Under the pieces are notes generated by a model that was not told where the DNA came from, searched no databases, and saw only the letters and a program-made list of their open reading frames with translations. DNA of 64,000 nt from Lama glama (taxonomy: Eukaryota). The DNA is taken from contig CM052816.1 in assembly GCA_028534125.1 (NCBI GenBank), forward strand, positions 46,626,001 through 46,690,000, in the 5' to 3' direction. Made by a program: the position numbers and the translations under genes. This document shows positions 39,390 to 52,831 of the stretch, one piece after another (position 1 is the stretch's first letter; each line of letters opens with the position of its first letter).

Positions 39390-39544
39390 TTTTTTTAATA
39401 TATGTATTACTGTATTATTTATTTTATTTTTTCTGGGGGGAAGTAACTAGGTTTATTTATTTTTAGAGGAAGGACTGGGGATTGAACCCAAGACCTCTTG
39501 CATACTAAGCATGCTCTCTACCACTTGGGCTACACCCTTCCCTC
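39390..39544 (-). mobile_element. Camelid tRNA-derived SINE (Vic-1 type)
   Basis: Reverse complement GGGTGTAGCCCAAGTGGTAGAGAGCATGCTTAGTATGCAAGAGGTCTTGGGTTCAATCCCCAGT; perfect 16-bp TSD CAGAAGGCTTACTTTA at 39374-39389 and 39545-39560. Confidence 0.92.
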
Positions 39545-39943
39545 CAGAAGGCTTACTTTAAAATTTCAAGTGGAAAAATCCACTGTAGTAGAATCTAGCC
39601 AAATATTTTCCTAACTCCATGGTCTATAACTAGTATACTACATATAAAAGAACAGACAGAAAGGTAATTTTTGCCTAATATCAATAAAATCATTAATTAT
39701 TTAGTTAGAAATTCCAACACTCCAGAAACTCCAAATTCTAAAAACTACCCGCGAGAAATTCTATTCAAAATAGTTGGTCATATCAGAGTTTAAAAAAACT
39801 CAGAATCCTCAAGACTCAGTTTTACTTCCCACATTTTATGACTATTTATAAGAATCATCAGGGCCATAAAAGTTATTACCATTCTTATCAATGTAGGAAT
39901 GAACTGGCCCAAATGCTGTCATTTAGTAAAATAATAATAAATC

Positions 39944-40210
39944 ATTCATTCACTTGAACATTCACCAAACATCTCTTAACTCTCTGTGATGCCGGGCAGC
40001 ATGCTAGTCACAAGGAATAGAGAGGCAATTAGACAGGGATGGATTCTACCCTATCAGTCTAACGGGGAAGAGCAGGCAGTTAAACAAATACCAATGAAGC
40101 GTGGTGAGGGTTCAGACAGGAAAGCATAGGGAACCAGGAAGACCATACAAGGACTCTGTTAAACCTCATAGGCAAGATAAGGTGAAGCTGAGACCTACGG
40201 AATGAGTGAG
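39944..40210 (-). mobile_element. LINE-2 3' fragment
   Basis: ATTCATTCA...CCAAACAT...TGCCGGGCAGCATGCTAG...GAAGCTGAGACCT antisense L2 pattern. Confidence 0.55.
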
Positions 40211-40459
40211 GGAGCTACTTTTGTGCAATCTCTCACTTCCGCACCTCTGCACCTTCATCCCTCATTCCCTACATACCCTTCCCACCTCCTTATTCCTTCT
40301 CATCCTCTTGGATTTAGTTTGAACAGCATCTCTTCAAGGAATCCTTCCCAAATCCCCATCTCCATCAGTCTAGAACGGATGCCCCTCCCCGATGCTTTCA
40401 CTGAACCCATACACATCTGTATCCACCAGTCCTGTAATTGCCTATATAGGCTTGGCCTC

Positions 40460-40773
40460 TTGGGCTAATAAAATCCAAGAAGAGATTTCTTTGAAGCTTC
40501 TGGGAAAGCCTTCCTAGCTCCTCCAGAAAGCTTCTGAAATGGCCCTTTTCACTTGATAGCCATCTTGCTCCTAGCCACTGATGAAGCTGATCTATGGAGA
40601 AGGTAAGGAGAAAGAAAGGAAGGAAAACTTAGCCAAAACTACTGGATTCAAATGTCCCTGAATTCCACCCTACTGCTGGACTTTCAGTGGTAGAACCAAC
40701 AAATTTCCTTATTCCTACAGCCATCTGAAGTTGGGTCTTCTGTTACCTGTAGCCAAAAACATAGTAATGATAC
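40460..40773 (+). mobile_element. MaLR solo LTR (MLT1J-like)
   Basis: GCTTCTGGGAAAG, AGCCATCTTG, CTGGACTTTCAGT...CCAACAAATTTCCTT...GTTGGGTCTTCTGTTACCTGTAGCCAAAA...TGATAC. Confidence 0.7.
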
Positions 40774-43700
40774 CGACATTACAATGGGACTCATGTCTTT
40801 TTTCCTTAGCATCCAACATACTATTTAGCCCCTTGCAGTTATTTCAGAAATGCTTCTTCAGTAAATGAAGTAGGTAATTCAAAGAAAATATCTGATAGCA
40901 ATGAAATCATAAATTTTATACCTAAAAACATTGAAACAAGGATTTTTAAAGGGGGTTTTAAAACTATAATTAGAAAGCCTGCCGTTTTTAGAGGTTCCCT
41001 ATATGGTAACGAGAGTAAACTGTGTCTTCTGCTCTTCCAAGCCTCCTCACTCAGAGCCTTCTGTCTCATCCCTACTATGCCCACAAGGCAGCTCCTCTTA
41101 CACCCTTGCTGCCCAGGGTCCTCATATTTTTCTACCCACCCCACTTTCAAAACCTGTTCTCCAGGAAGAGCTGTATGCTCACTTACACTGAGTTTTATGG
41201 ATCTGATTTAAACAAAGTGTTATCATTTCTAGGGGTATTTGCAAAATCCAAAAATTTTAATCTCTAATTATGCAACTTCAGGCATCAGCAAGCAGGTAAA
41301 GGAGGCATTTGTGGAGTCTGATGGCCAACTCTGTGGTCATGAAACAGCAGGAAGAGATGCCTGATTTCCTTGCTTACAAGGGCAACTCCAAACATTGTCA
41401 TCAATGGCCAGCGCTCCAGCTCAACAGGAACCCACTCTTGTTCCATTTTCTTAAGAACAAAATAATCCAGTAACCTGTGAACCACATCTACCAAGTGACA
41501 TTCATGCCTCTAAGAAGTTCTGGCTGTAGACTTTATCCCTGGGATGGGACTTAACACCATCTGGTCTGTATCCCATTTGGAACTGACTAACACCACAATT
41601 ATAAGAAGCATCTACACTAGAAATTCCCCAACCTCCAAATCCTGTCAGGTAATTATAAACAATGCTTAATTTACTCCAATGCTGAACAAACTCAAGATTC
41701 CTTGTTATAGACACCTCAAACTCAGATGAAAACTAAACTGTTTATTTTAAAAAGTAGATGTCCCTAATGTTCCAATCTAGTATAACTACAAATTGTTTTG
41801 ATTGCCTTTATTTTGCAAATCAGATATTCCAGAGCCACCTTTATTGCCAAACATAAAAGCATCCCACTGCACACCTCAACAGAATTGCCTGTATATCCTT
41901 AATGTCTTTCCAAGCACTTTTATGCAGTCAGCACTCTATACATTAGGAAAGGAATGGATGTGTGCTTTGTGGATTTCTTATAATAGCAATGAACCTTCAT
42001 AATCAGACCCATTCCTTAATTTTGCTTACTTTTTTATTCAGCTGCATTGATACTACATTGCTAGACAAAGACAAGAATGAGTATGAGACTTGAGTTAAAA
42101 AAAACAATACTGCCATCCAAGGAGCAAGTGCTGAGCTTGTGAAAAAAATAGCTCCCGTTTTATTAAATAATAGTGTTCATGCAAGGATGTCTGAAGTACT
42201 CTGCAAGGCTAATTAGGACAGATCAATGTACACTTACCTCTCTAGAAGGCTGAAAGGTGTGTAGTGACTATGTGCCATTAAAAATTTACTTGACCATGGG
42301 CATCAGATGATGTCCATGAGGGAATGACCCTGGTGTGCACTCTAAGTTTCCATTTTGATCATGTCATCTCCAATGAATCAAAAATGTCACAGACACCATT
42401 ACTATCACACAGCCTCATAGCAGCTGATGTGCTATATATGTTTGAGAGGATTGTATCAATTAACTATATTATCTATAAAGCCATGCTTGCAATTACTACC
42501 ACTTCACAATTTATCATTAACACATTTGGCATATTTTTTTCCAAAGTAACATTTATTTAAAGGTTAATCAAAATTCTTAGAACAGCATTTATTATAATGT
42601 GATTTTTGATAATTGACTAAATCAGTGGCTCTTAAGAAAAACACCCTTGTCTCAGTCCTTTTCAGTATACACCACAGTGCCATTTGGGGAAAAGAAATAC
42701 ATATTAGAAATGTTCATTTGAGACCTCGTCATGGAAGATCATATATTAATGTAATCAGGTGGTACATTTACATGCTCATTAGAATCCATCATTAGTCCAA
42801 ATGCTCACTATTAGGAATAAATGTACAACAAGTTATTCAGAATACCCAGAAATAGTATTTCTGATTTAAACATTCAGAATAAGCTGACTGAAATAAGTGC
42901 ACACCTTGAATTTGAACTTTCAAGGCACATCACTAAAGTCAATCAGTTATGTCAGGACACTCAAAATAATCTCAATTATAAAATTCCTGCCCCCCCTTAA
43001 GGGGCGGGTTCAGTAGGGGAGAGTTCCAATATCTGAATCTTTTTAATTCACTGTAACTGCAAAAATTCCTGATGAAGTGTGTGTTTAAATTTTATGCTTT
43101 AATACATAGCATGCCACTAAAACCACATTAGTTATGCTTTATGCTATTTAATCATATGTCAAAATCTGTAAAATCTATTCTAGCATGCTAAGGTAATTTA
43201 ACTGCAATTAATCAATCAAGGAAATAAATAAAATGTAATAAATGCCAAATAACGTAACATTTTTAAAAACAAACTACTATCTGCACATTTATTCTAAAAA
43301 TACTTACTAGCCAACACCATTGAAGGAAAAACAGACTGAAAATTAGATTTACTGAATCTTTTTCCCATTAGCAGCTAGCTTGCTCTAAACTTACAAATGT
43401 TTGAAAAAGATCTTTGGCATGATCTGATTTTCCAACTAAAATGTGAGTAACTTGAGCATCAAAACTTACCATTTTTTTTTAGCCCCTGTGCCTAACACAA
43501 TGTTTTAATTATAATAGGTGTTTAGTGTGTACTGGATGAAAGAATGAATGACTCAAATTTGCACAAACTAGATTCTTTCATCATAATGTTTAGGACCTAC
43601 AACAATAGTCCTATTTTCTTCTGGCAAAAATTGTATATTATACTTTTTTGGCATTAAACTAAAGGTAGTGTCACTTTCTTTATTAATTCTTTCTTTTTTT

Positions 43701-43869
43701 CATAGAGTCAGTTAGGAACTAGCAAGGAAGGTTGGTGATGTGTGTGTTTGTATTTCTTCCCCCAAATGAAAACAGTGATTTTCTTTCCAGGGATGCAATT
43801 TAACAGTTTGATGGATATACTTTTGGACCAAGACTAGGAAGGACAATTATAAGTCCTGGGTCCAGTCGG

Positions 43870-44225
43870 CAAGAATTCATTAAACACCAAGTGCATCCCC
43901 CACATTAGTCACTACGAATATGCCAATGAGTCAAAAATATGCTCCTGCTTTCCAGGCCATAAATCAGAGAAGACATATATGTGTTTATTCAACAAGCATT
44001 ACAGACTACACTTTACTCCATGCAAAGCACCAAAGGGGAGGAGGACAGCCAGCAATTCTCAGTTCTCAACAAGGGTCTAACAAAGGAATTAACCAGTAAC
44101 CGTATGTCAAGCAAAAAGTTATGAATATCATTGAAAAACTACAAACTCATTTCCATGGGAACCCCAGAAGAGAAGCTGGTGAAATCATGGAAGTCTTAGG
44201 GAAGCAGATGGCATAAAAATAGATG
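43870..44225 (-). mobile_element. LINE-2 fragments
   Basis: CAAGAATTCATTAAACACC and TTTATTCAACAAGCATT starts followed by degenerate L2-like text. Confidence 0.4.
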
Positions 44226-44529
44226 AAAAGAATCTCCCAGATAATATAAATTAGTGCATTTACTAGGGATGAAGGAATCGAAAGTAAGAGCCCAAAAGTT
44301 TTCAGAACAAGTTATTCGCTTTCTTGATAATGACTGAATCTATTTCTCTTCATCAAATTCTTGCTGACATAAAATGATAACTTCTCGATTAACGACCACC
44401 CCAGCACAAAGAACGTTGAAAAATTTGCTGTTCAAGGTTCCTGGTGATAACTGTAGCTGAGAAATCTGAAGACTGAAACTGTCACAAGGATATGACAACA
44501 AACGAGACTTGCCCTTCCCACCACCACTC

Positions 44530-44796
44530 CACCCACTGACTTGTGGCTATGAGGCACCTGAACTGTGATTAGTCCAAACTGAGTTGTCCTGTAAGTGTGA
44601 AATACACACTGGACTTCAAAGACTTAGTTACAAAAGCAAAAAGAAAGTAAAATATACCAATAATTTTTAATATTGGTTACCTGTTGAGATCATATTATTT
44701 TGGATATTTCGAATGGAATATGTATATTATTAAGTTATTTTTACATATATCTTTTTACTTTTTACTGTGGATACTAGAAAATTATTGAACAGTGCT
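44530..44796. mobile_element. MER33-like hAT-Charlie DNA transposon, opposite orientation to the 35250 copy
   Basis: TGTGGCTATGAGGCACCTGAA...TAGTCCAAACTGAG...TGTAAGTGTGAAATACACACTGGACTTCAAAGACTTAGT...TACTAGAAAATT. Confidence 0.8.
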
Positions 44797-47700
44797 AGTC
44801 CAAAAGCATTTTGAAGAAGGATAACTTTTTAAGTATTTCATGCTGGAAAGGAAGGATAAAATTCAGCAACATGCACTGGCACTTCAAATGATTATCTGAT
44901 ATAAAAATTTTATATAAGAAGCCACTCAAAACACTCCTCCCCCAAAATGCACAGTTGAGAAAACAAAAGCATCTTTCTTGATGAACTGAATCTCCTGCCC
45001 TACTCTGACCTGATAGTAAGTGGCATTAGTTTTTATACCTCCCTTTTTCTCTGGCAGAATGCTTCAGTCTAAAATTCAAGTTACTCAAATGCAGGCTTTT
45101 TTGGTACAGCCTAGATTTTCTGGTTCAGTTTAACACCACCCCTTCTTTCTTATTTGCCTTGGTTCTGCCCCTTACTGTAATGGTCTTACTGTAAGTTATG
45201 GTAAAGCTTCTTGGAAATAGGAGTTAAATATCAAATAAGAAAATAAGTGAGCCTCTTACTGTGGTGTAATCAGTGAGAGACAACTCTCAAGAGACTCACT
45301 CGGTCTGTGGCCCTTCTCCCTGTTACAGGCATGAGGCATGATGGATGTTTACCAGTATCGGGCCAGTCTTCACATTTGGGATCATAAATACAGAGCTGGT
45401 CTATCCAAGGCTGTCACCCAAGGGTCAGTGAGATTGGTTGGCACAAAATTCAAACTGCACAGTGAGTCTGAAGTCACATGCAGCTGTAGGTGACACGGTA
45501 TCAAATCAGGCATTGGAAGGAGCAACTATCCAAATACCCAGACATCAGGCAGGTGGTGGTCATCTTCTGATCTGATCATATTTTGTAAGATACCACAGTG
45601 TGGAGGGAGGACAGAGATAGCATCCCAAGATCCAAGGAGACCTAGCAGAGACCTAGGCCCATAAAGAGAGGAAGGGGATAATTTCTGTGACGGTGAGGCC
45701 ACACAAACCCCTGGAACTAGGCTCAGAGTCATGGCCTCCCAGATCCCAGGGACTACAGAGATTCAAGCTGAGATTGAGCAGTAACCCTAGCAGGTGTGGC
45801 TGGGCCATCAGATGTACCCACTGAGGAAGAAAGAGTCAAAGGCTCTGGATACGCTTCCTACTATTGGTTTTGGTCCAGGAACTGTCGGGCTTAGCTACAG
45901 GTGGGAACATCAGTATATTCAGCTCAGTTTTGCTCAGGTAGATGCAGGGCCGGGAACAGAGATGGTGGCAGTGCCTCTCCCCTCATGAACTGGAGACATT
46001 ATACTGGTGTCTATGCAATACTTATTTTAAAATTAATGTTTCAAGGATATTTAAGTTGCCTAGAAAAAAAAATTCAGAGTTTCCTAAATCTATGAAAAAG
46101 CCATTGTTTCCTGTTAATACCTATTCCTCTTCAAAAAAAAAAAATGCTTGTAATATTATGCACTGTAGAACCAGACTAACATAGTACAATCTTAAGGCTG
46201 TAAGAAAACTATAGAATGTTATGTAACTTTAGGAGTCCTTATAAATAAATACATTTTAAAGAAATAAATAAGAATAAGAAATAAGTAATAATTTTCTCAG
46301 ATAATCAGAGCTGGGATAGGATACAGAAAAGATCATGGCCATCTAAAAATCAAGACCACACTGTCAGCACAAATTACTGGAAAATGAGAAAGAAATACAC
46401 TAAGTCATCTGTACTATTGACATAATCTTGTATGTTTTCTTCAACAGTTTTAAAGGATTTAGCACACAAGTAAGTTTTTATTTCAGAAAATCATAATTAA
46501 TAAAATGTCAAAATGAGAAGTAATACACAATTGGCCACCACAAAAAAATGAGAAAAAGTATCAAGATCTGATCAATAACAAATGACCTGTTAAATCTAAA
46601 ATATATTATTGCTATGTTAGAAAAGTTTGAAAAAAATGGATCAAGAACCCACCACTTCATCAATGCAAAAAAAAAAAAAAGACATTCAAAAGATAGAACT
46701 AGTGTGAATTTCACAAAGCAGACATAAGCAATTTCAAATTGGCTGCTATGTTCCTAAAGGTAAATGACAAAAACGCCTATCCATACACTTTAAAATTCTA
46801 TTTCAGGGAGACTCAGATCGGATTAAAAACTCTACAAATGTTTTCTTCCCAGTGAATATTCCAGTAACACACGCAGGTAGAGACTCGGACACTCTCCTTA
46901 GTCCAAGGGCAACTCCAAGGAGGTCTTCCCGACACTGAGAGGAGGGGTGAGTTTCTGGAACAACTACAACCAATGACATCACAATATTTCCACCTTATAT
47001 ATTGTAAATCCTCCTTTTCATAGATCTGTGAAATAGACACAGCCTAACAAAAACTCTAAGATAACTGAGTTGTCACATTGAGTGGCTTTCGTAGTGCCTC
47101 CTACTAAGTACCAAAATATGTCCCCCAACATATCAGAAATAATATATTTTCTACTGAGTTCCAAGGGGGGAAAAACTTTTATAACTTAAGAAAACTCAAA
47201 ATACGTGACAATCTGTCACTGAGTTAAAATACGTTCCAGTAACAAGTGACAGTGTATGTACAACACCCTCTGCAGCTGTATGTTCATCTCCACACACAAA
47301 GGCTATTTATTTCTAAACAGGTCACAGTAAAGCTTTGGTTGACGTGTACTGATGGCAGAATAGGGTCTGAGATGAGCCAAAGCTTTGTGTAATCCACAAC
47401 TCATTGATATTTAAATTTGGAATGGGTCTTTGAACTTACGTTTGAACATGTCATGAAAACATGAGACTCCTGTTACTTTATACACGCTCATTCTTAGAAA
47501 GTTTGCCTTGTATGGTGAAGGTATTTTACTGAGGCCTTAACGACTACGGCACGTCACCATGTGTGCTGAGGGTGGGGGAGGGCTGCTCACAAGCCTTCCA
47601 CAAGCCCATCACCGCTAATACATACCCTTCCAATAGAAGCAGGAGCTGCCAGGGACGCTGCGGGAGACAAGGGAGTAGTAGAGACACTGCCTCTTGGGAC

Positions 47701-47821
47701 TAAGGTCTTCCTCCACTCACATGCTCTACAGTGCTTCCCATACACTGAGTCGTATTATAATGCACTGGGGCTGTTTCATTCCTCCCATCTCCCATGAAGT
47801 GCCAGATTTTTAAGAAAAAAC

Positions 47822-48495
47822 ATTTTATTTTGAAATAGTTAAAAATTCACAAAAAGGTGCAAAGAAATGTCCTGTGCTGTGTAACCTTCCCCAGCCTCTC
47901 CTCCCACTCTCAGTGTTAACATGTGACATGACAATAGCAAAACCAGGTAACTGACATTGGTAAACAGAGCTTATTCAGACTTCACAAGTTATACATACAC
48001 TTATTTGTGTATTTGTGTGTGCGTGTGTGTGTGTGTGTGTGTAGCTGTATGCAACTTTATCACATGTGGAGCTCGGAGCACCCACTAACACAGTCAAGAC
48101 ACTTAACTGCACCATCACCACAGACTCCCAGTGCCACCCTTTCAGGTCCACACCTAATCCCTCCCCTCCCCTCTCATCCCTGGCAACCACAAATCTGTCC
48201 TCCATCTCTATAATTGTGTTATTTTATGAATGTTGTATAAATCGAGACAAGCAATAATGTACCCATTTAAGATAAATTTTTTTCATTCCGCATAGTTTCC
48301 TCGAGGTTGACCCAAGCTGTTGCCCACATCAATAGTTCATTACTCTTTATTGCTAAGTAGTATTCCACACTATGGCTCTATCACAGTCTGTTTAACCATT
48401 TATCCATTATGGACATTCGGGTATTTCCAGCTTGGGGCTATTACTAATAGAGTCATTTTGAATATTCATGTACAAGTTTCAGTGTGAAAATAAAA
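47822..48495 (-). mobile_element. Old LINE-1 3' end (L1MD/L1MC-like) with internal (TG)n
   Basis: CCCTGGCAACCACAAATCTGTCCTCCATCTCTATAATT, CAATAGTTCATTACTCTTTATTGCTAAGTAGTATTCC and TTTCCAGCTTGGGGCTATTAC are antisense L1M 3' motifs. Confidence 0.85.
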
Positions 48496-48873
48496 TGGCA
48501 GGATTTTTAAGGGTAGTGTGATTCATCGCTATTATCTCCAACACTTTATACAACACGTCGTAGGTAATCAAAATATTTGCTGAAGGAATGAATGAATGAA
48601 CCACAAAACTGTCTCTAAATGGCAGAAATAAAAATAGGACTCATCTTGTGGAAAAAAACCTAATTAGTTGGGAAGGCATATATCAGCAAGAGGTCCTGTA
48701 AGTTACATTGGCAGTTTAAAGACTGTAGCAGTGCCCCACAGGACACACACACACACACACAAATACACAGAGCAATTAAAACATTCTTCAGTTTGTTTTA
48801 AATACTGAGCTTTATGTTAAGATACTGCTTGACTTAAAAAGCTATGGTAGAATTTTTGAGAAATAATCCGAGA

Positions 48874-49310
48874 GACTTCCTATCCAGCCAAGATGGACTA
48901 AGAGGGGTTAGATTTTCCCCCCTTCCTAAAACAACCACCACCAAACTCTGACAAAATGTATGAAACAATGATTTTTAAGACACAGGACATCAGGCAACAA
49001 AGAACAGTGGTCCCTGAGAGATGAGAAGCCAAGGAGGTGAATCTTATGATCGCCCAGCTTACTGTCTTGAGGGTTGAGACAGCAGTGGCACGGAGGGTAA
49101 CTCAAGGGACACAAATGCCCCACCTGTGTTGAGGAAACAGAATGGAAGGCATGTGGGAATAAGGTGGCTACAGTTCAAGGTCAGAGCACGTGGCAGAGAG
49201 CTGCTACACAGAGAACGCTCTCCCGAGACCTGCGGAATCCCACTCAGGAACTGAGCACAGTATTGATCTGAGTAAATGTGTGAGGACACTATCAGAGCCT
49301 GGGTATTCCT
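48874..49310 (+). mobile_element. Old LINE-1 5' UTR fragment (L1MD/L1ME-like)
   Basis: GACTTCC...CCAAGATGGA start; GACAAAATGTATGAAACAATGATTTTTAAGACACAGGACATCAGGCAACAAAGAACAGTGGTCCCTGAGAGATG. Confidence 0.7.
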
Positions 49311-49479
49311 TAACCCTAAGGAATAAATGGATCTAAGCAATGATCAATACCTGCTAACGTTTCAAATCAAGAGAGAATCAGTAGTCTTGCCCAGCCTTCT
49401 CCAAATGGTCTGGTCAAGGTCCTAGCATTAACAGAAAAGGCATAGGACGGAAGAGCTTGTTAAATAGTTCCGCAGGAAT

Positions 49480-50012
49480 GCATCAGCAAATACAAACTAT
49501 GGAAAGCTGGACAAACACAAACAAACCAGTTTTCTCAGGAAATAAGGAAAAATAAATAGAGGGGAAACCTATACATTAAAAGAGAAGTATCAACCAACTG
49601 CAGTGTATGGATCTTATTTGTATTCTGTTTCAAACAGTAAAAAGTAATTCTAAACATTTTTGAGACAATTGGGAAAATCTGAATATTGATTTAACATATT
49701 TGATAACAATAAGGAAATACTTTTAGGTGTGGTTATTTTTTAAATGTGATTCATTTTTTTAAATTTAAAAAAGTTCTAATTTTTTAAAAATGCCTGCTGA
49801 AATATTACAGGATGAAATGATGTTGTGTCTGGAATTAATTTCAAAATAATTTGGGGTGGGGGTGAGAGGTGGGCATGGGGGTATGACGAAAGAAAATTTA
49901 CCATGACATCACAGTTGTTGAAGGTGGATGTAATTGGATGGAAGTTCACTGCACTATTCGATTTTTAAATCGGCTTGGAATTTTCACAAAACAAATTTAG
50001 ATAAATAAACTT
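49480..50012 (+). mobile_element. Old LINE-1 3' end (L1ME/L1MC-like)
   Basis: TATCAACCAACTGCAGTGTATGGATCTTATTTG, TTTTGAGACAATTGGGAAAAT, GATGAAATGATGTTGTGTCTGGAAT...TTCAAAATAAT, G-rich patch and A-rich end. Confidence 0.75.
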
Positions 50013-51440
50013 AAAAATACATAAAGAAGTACAGTATCCATTGAGGCGGTGGCTAAGGACTCAGAGCTCACAGTCTATGTTTTTGAATCAAAACAATTTG
50101 TCAGACACAGAGATATCAGAGATAATATTTTACAAGGACACTGAAGACTAAATGGAGGACTGTCTTCTCTACACAGAACACTGGTTTTTAAGTAAGAATA
50201 GATCTTTTCTCTGAAAATCCAACAGCCTGCAAGTGGTTGACTACCTACTCTGAGACACCAAAAAACATCAAAGGAGGTCAAAAAGCTGGGTCTATAAATG
50301 TGATTGTTACTTCTTCTTGTTCTTTTCCTAAGGCAAGAAGTCTAACAGAGCGTATGACTGCTCTCCTTCCAACAGCATCCTTGCAATACAACTCATCCAG
50401 CTCAATTTGGCCATTCCCACATTTACTGATTGCTTAACAACACTATTTTCTGCTCACTTTCAGTTTTGGGGTTTTGAGATGAGGGCAAAGGAATCTTTAG
50501 AGATGTCTGAAATTCATTTTCAAGTCAAACAATTCATTAGAAAGTATGTTTTACCTAGAAACTGTTTTTCTCTCTTTCGTTCCTTTTTTTTTTCCTTTTT
50601 GGCAGTAGAAGGGATACTCTGAGTAGCTTGTCCAAGGTTATGCCAAAAGAAATTTCCTCTCTTTTCTTAACTTATCTGAATTCTGCCCTCCAAAAGGACA
50701 TGCCCAAGGGCAATGAATAGAGTTCTTAAGAAGATGAGTGTTACATCATCCATTTAAAAAAATTCTTCATGGTCTTTAGTTTAATATCCTATAAAGAACC
50801 AATATCCTACATATAACTCATTTCTTAATCAGGAATGAGTTGATTTACAAATTTTTTTTAAAAAATCAATGTAAATTTAAAATTCTCTGTATTTTTAGGT
50901 AATTATTCTGTCTATAATATTACTGTACTAATACTATTATTAAAATATCAACATGCACCCTAAAGTTCATTTTCATTGAATGCAAAAAAGCCCATGGGAG
51001 CAGATTTAAAACCTGAGATGTACTTTGGGAACAGAATCAACTTTGGAGAATCAAGGCCAGTGGGCATTTACATAGGCTGGTTACATTTTCAGAAGCATTT
51101 GTAAGGATGTACTACATACTGCAGAAATTCTAACTGCATTTTTCAAAATATTTATGATTATAGTTAGAACTCCCATTAAGGTGTTTTTCTTTTTACAGAC
51201 AGTCTTGCTTGCAATGACCATTTTAAAAGTTGCTACCCTAGGCTTATAAAACAGTATTATAATGTCTTCCCACTAACCATATTAAAAATTTTCATCTCTG
51301 GGAAATGCTACAAAAAATTTCAATGCCAACAATAATTCAAGTATTAAAGCAAATATAAAAATTGATAGTTTAATCTACAAAGGATTAAAAAGTCTTTGCA
51401 AGAGAGTATTTTAATTTCTGATAAGAACAAAATAATAGTG

Positions 51441-51649
51441 TAGTAGGTCACATATGGCCTATGTAAATTTTATATATATACTTTTTTATTTGGCCTATAT
51501 AAATTTAAACCAATTAAATAAAACTCAAAACTCAGTTACTCCATCACACAAGCCACATTTCAACTCCTCAACAGACACATGTGTTGACACTGGACAGTGC
51601 AGATACAGAACATGTTCATCATCATAGAAAGTTCTATTGAATAATGATG
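51441..51649 (-). mobile_element. MER3-like hAT-Charlie DNA transposon
   Basis: AGCCACATTTCAA...CACATGTG...CTGGACAGTGCAGATACAGAACAT...CATCATCATAGAAAGTTCTATTG. Confidence 0.8.
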
Positions 51650-52769
51650 GTCTTTGTTAGAGAGACCACCACTGGTGAACTGATGTGCAGATATCAATTT
51701 CTTTCTATCAAGTCATTTTTTCCTTTGGTATAAGAGGTTGAATTAAACTGACTGAATTTAAATGATCTTTCCAGAAAACTCTATATTCCAATATAAACAC
51801 TTAAAATTCTGCTACAAGAATTGCAGTGTAGATTTCCTTTTTCTTCATGCTACAAGGAGAATGGGATTTTTAAAAATTCCGTTTCCTCAAGATCCAGAAG
51901 TATAACATTAACTAGGCTTCTCTTTCACTTTGCATTTTCTTTCTTTGTAACCGTCTATTCTAACCCTGCTCTGCTTCCAAGTTTACCCAGCAATGGTCCA
52001 ACCTTTATTTTGTGGCGAGGAATTTCTAGTTTAGAGGGCAGCACTTCAGGCCTCCAACTCCACACTTACGAAGTTTGTAACTAGCATCAAAAAAAAACCT
52101 CACAGCCTAGCCAGGTCCTTCTACCAAGTAAAGGGTTTAATTTAGCAGAGACACTGAGTGATATAATCTTTATCAAAGAAAGACTGAATGAAAATAATAT
52201 GCCAACCTCCCGAAACTTTATGCAAACAGATTTTTGAATCTCTGAAATTATACTTTTTTCAAAATTCTTTGTGCTGTCTAAATACTTAACCTCATCTCTG
52301 CTCACTTGCTTACTCCCCAAGTAAAGTCTAAAAAGAAATAAATTGCTATAAATGTTTACCAATAAAGTATTACTTTCCAAGCAATTTTTTTCTTCATTTT
52401 TAAAATTGAAAAAGTTTCATTACAATTAGGTAACTGCTCCTGGCACAAGGCCTCTGAAACACTGTTTCTCAGACACTAATGAGTTTTAGAAAAGTTTGAA
52501 ACTCCCAATTCATTAGGACTTTGAGTAGCCGTTTGTAACTTAGGATGAGAATTGGTGGAGAGATTGGGACTAAACACATAATTTTATGAAATATGATGAA
52601 AAACATAAGGGTTTTGTTATGATGCACATAACAAAGAACCTGTTTCTTTTTAGCAAGCTCCTAAAAAGTACCTCCCATATAATTATTAAATAAAAACACT
52701 CACTTATTCAGTACTCAGCTAGCTTTTAAACTCTGAATAAGAGAAGTACACAGTGAGAGAGGTACTTAC

Positions 52770-52831
52770 ATGGTTTCCTTGGATACTGGATGATGCCATT
52801 CAGGTCTATGTTTTTATCTGAAAGTGGTGCC
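52770..52831 (-). ncRNA. Candidate 62-nt internal exon of an antisense lncRNA (MEF2C-AS1-like)
   Basis: Minus strand: cctcatttctccacag|GGCACCACTTTC...GGAAACCAT|gtaagtac, with a CTAA branch-like motif upstream; the orientation is antisense to MEF2C, as for human MEF2C-AS1. Exon orthology was not verified. Confidence 0.5.

Noticed and set aside
39842..39851. Isolated MEF2 consensus CTATTTATAA and other single matches
   Set aside because: Single YTA(W)4TAR matches are expected many times by chance in AT-rich DNA of this length.
42233..42245. Strong minus-strand donor GAG|gtaagtg
   Set aside because: I found no convincing matching acceptor, so no exon can be defined.
49852..49880. G-quadruplex-like G runs
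   Set aside because: They lie in the ordinary G-rich tract of an old L1 3'UTR and include a long loop.
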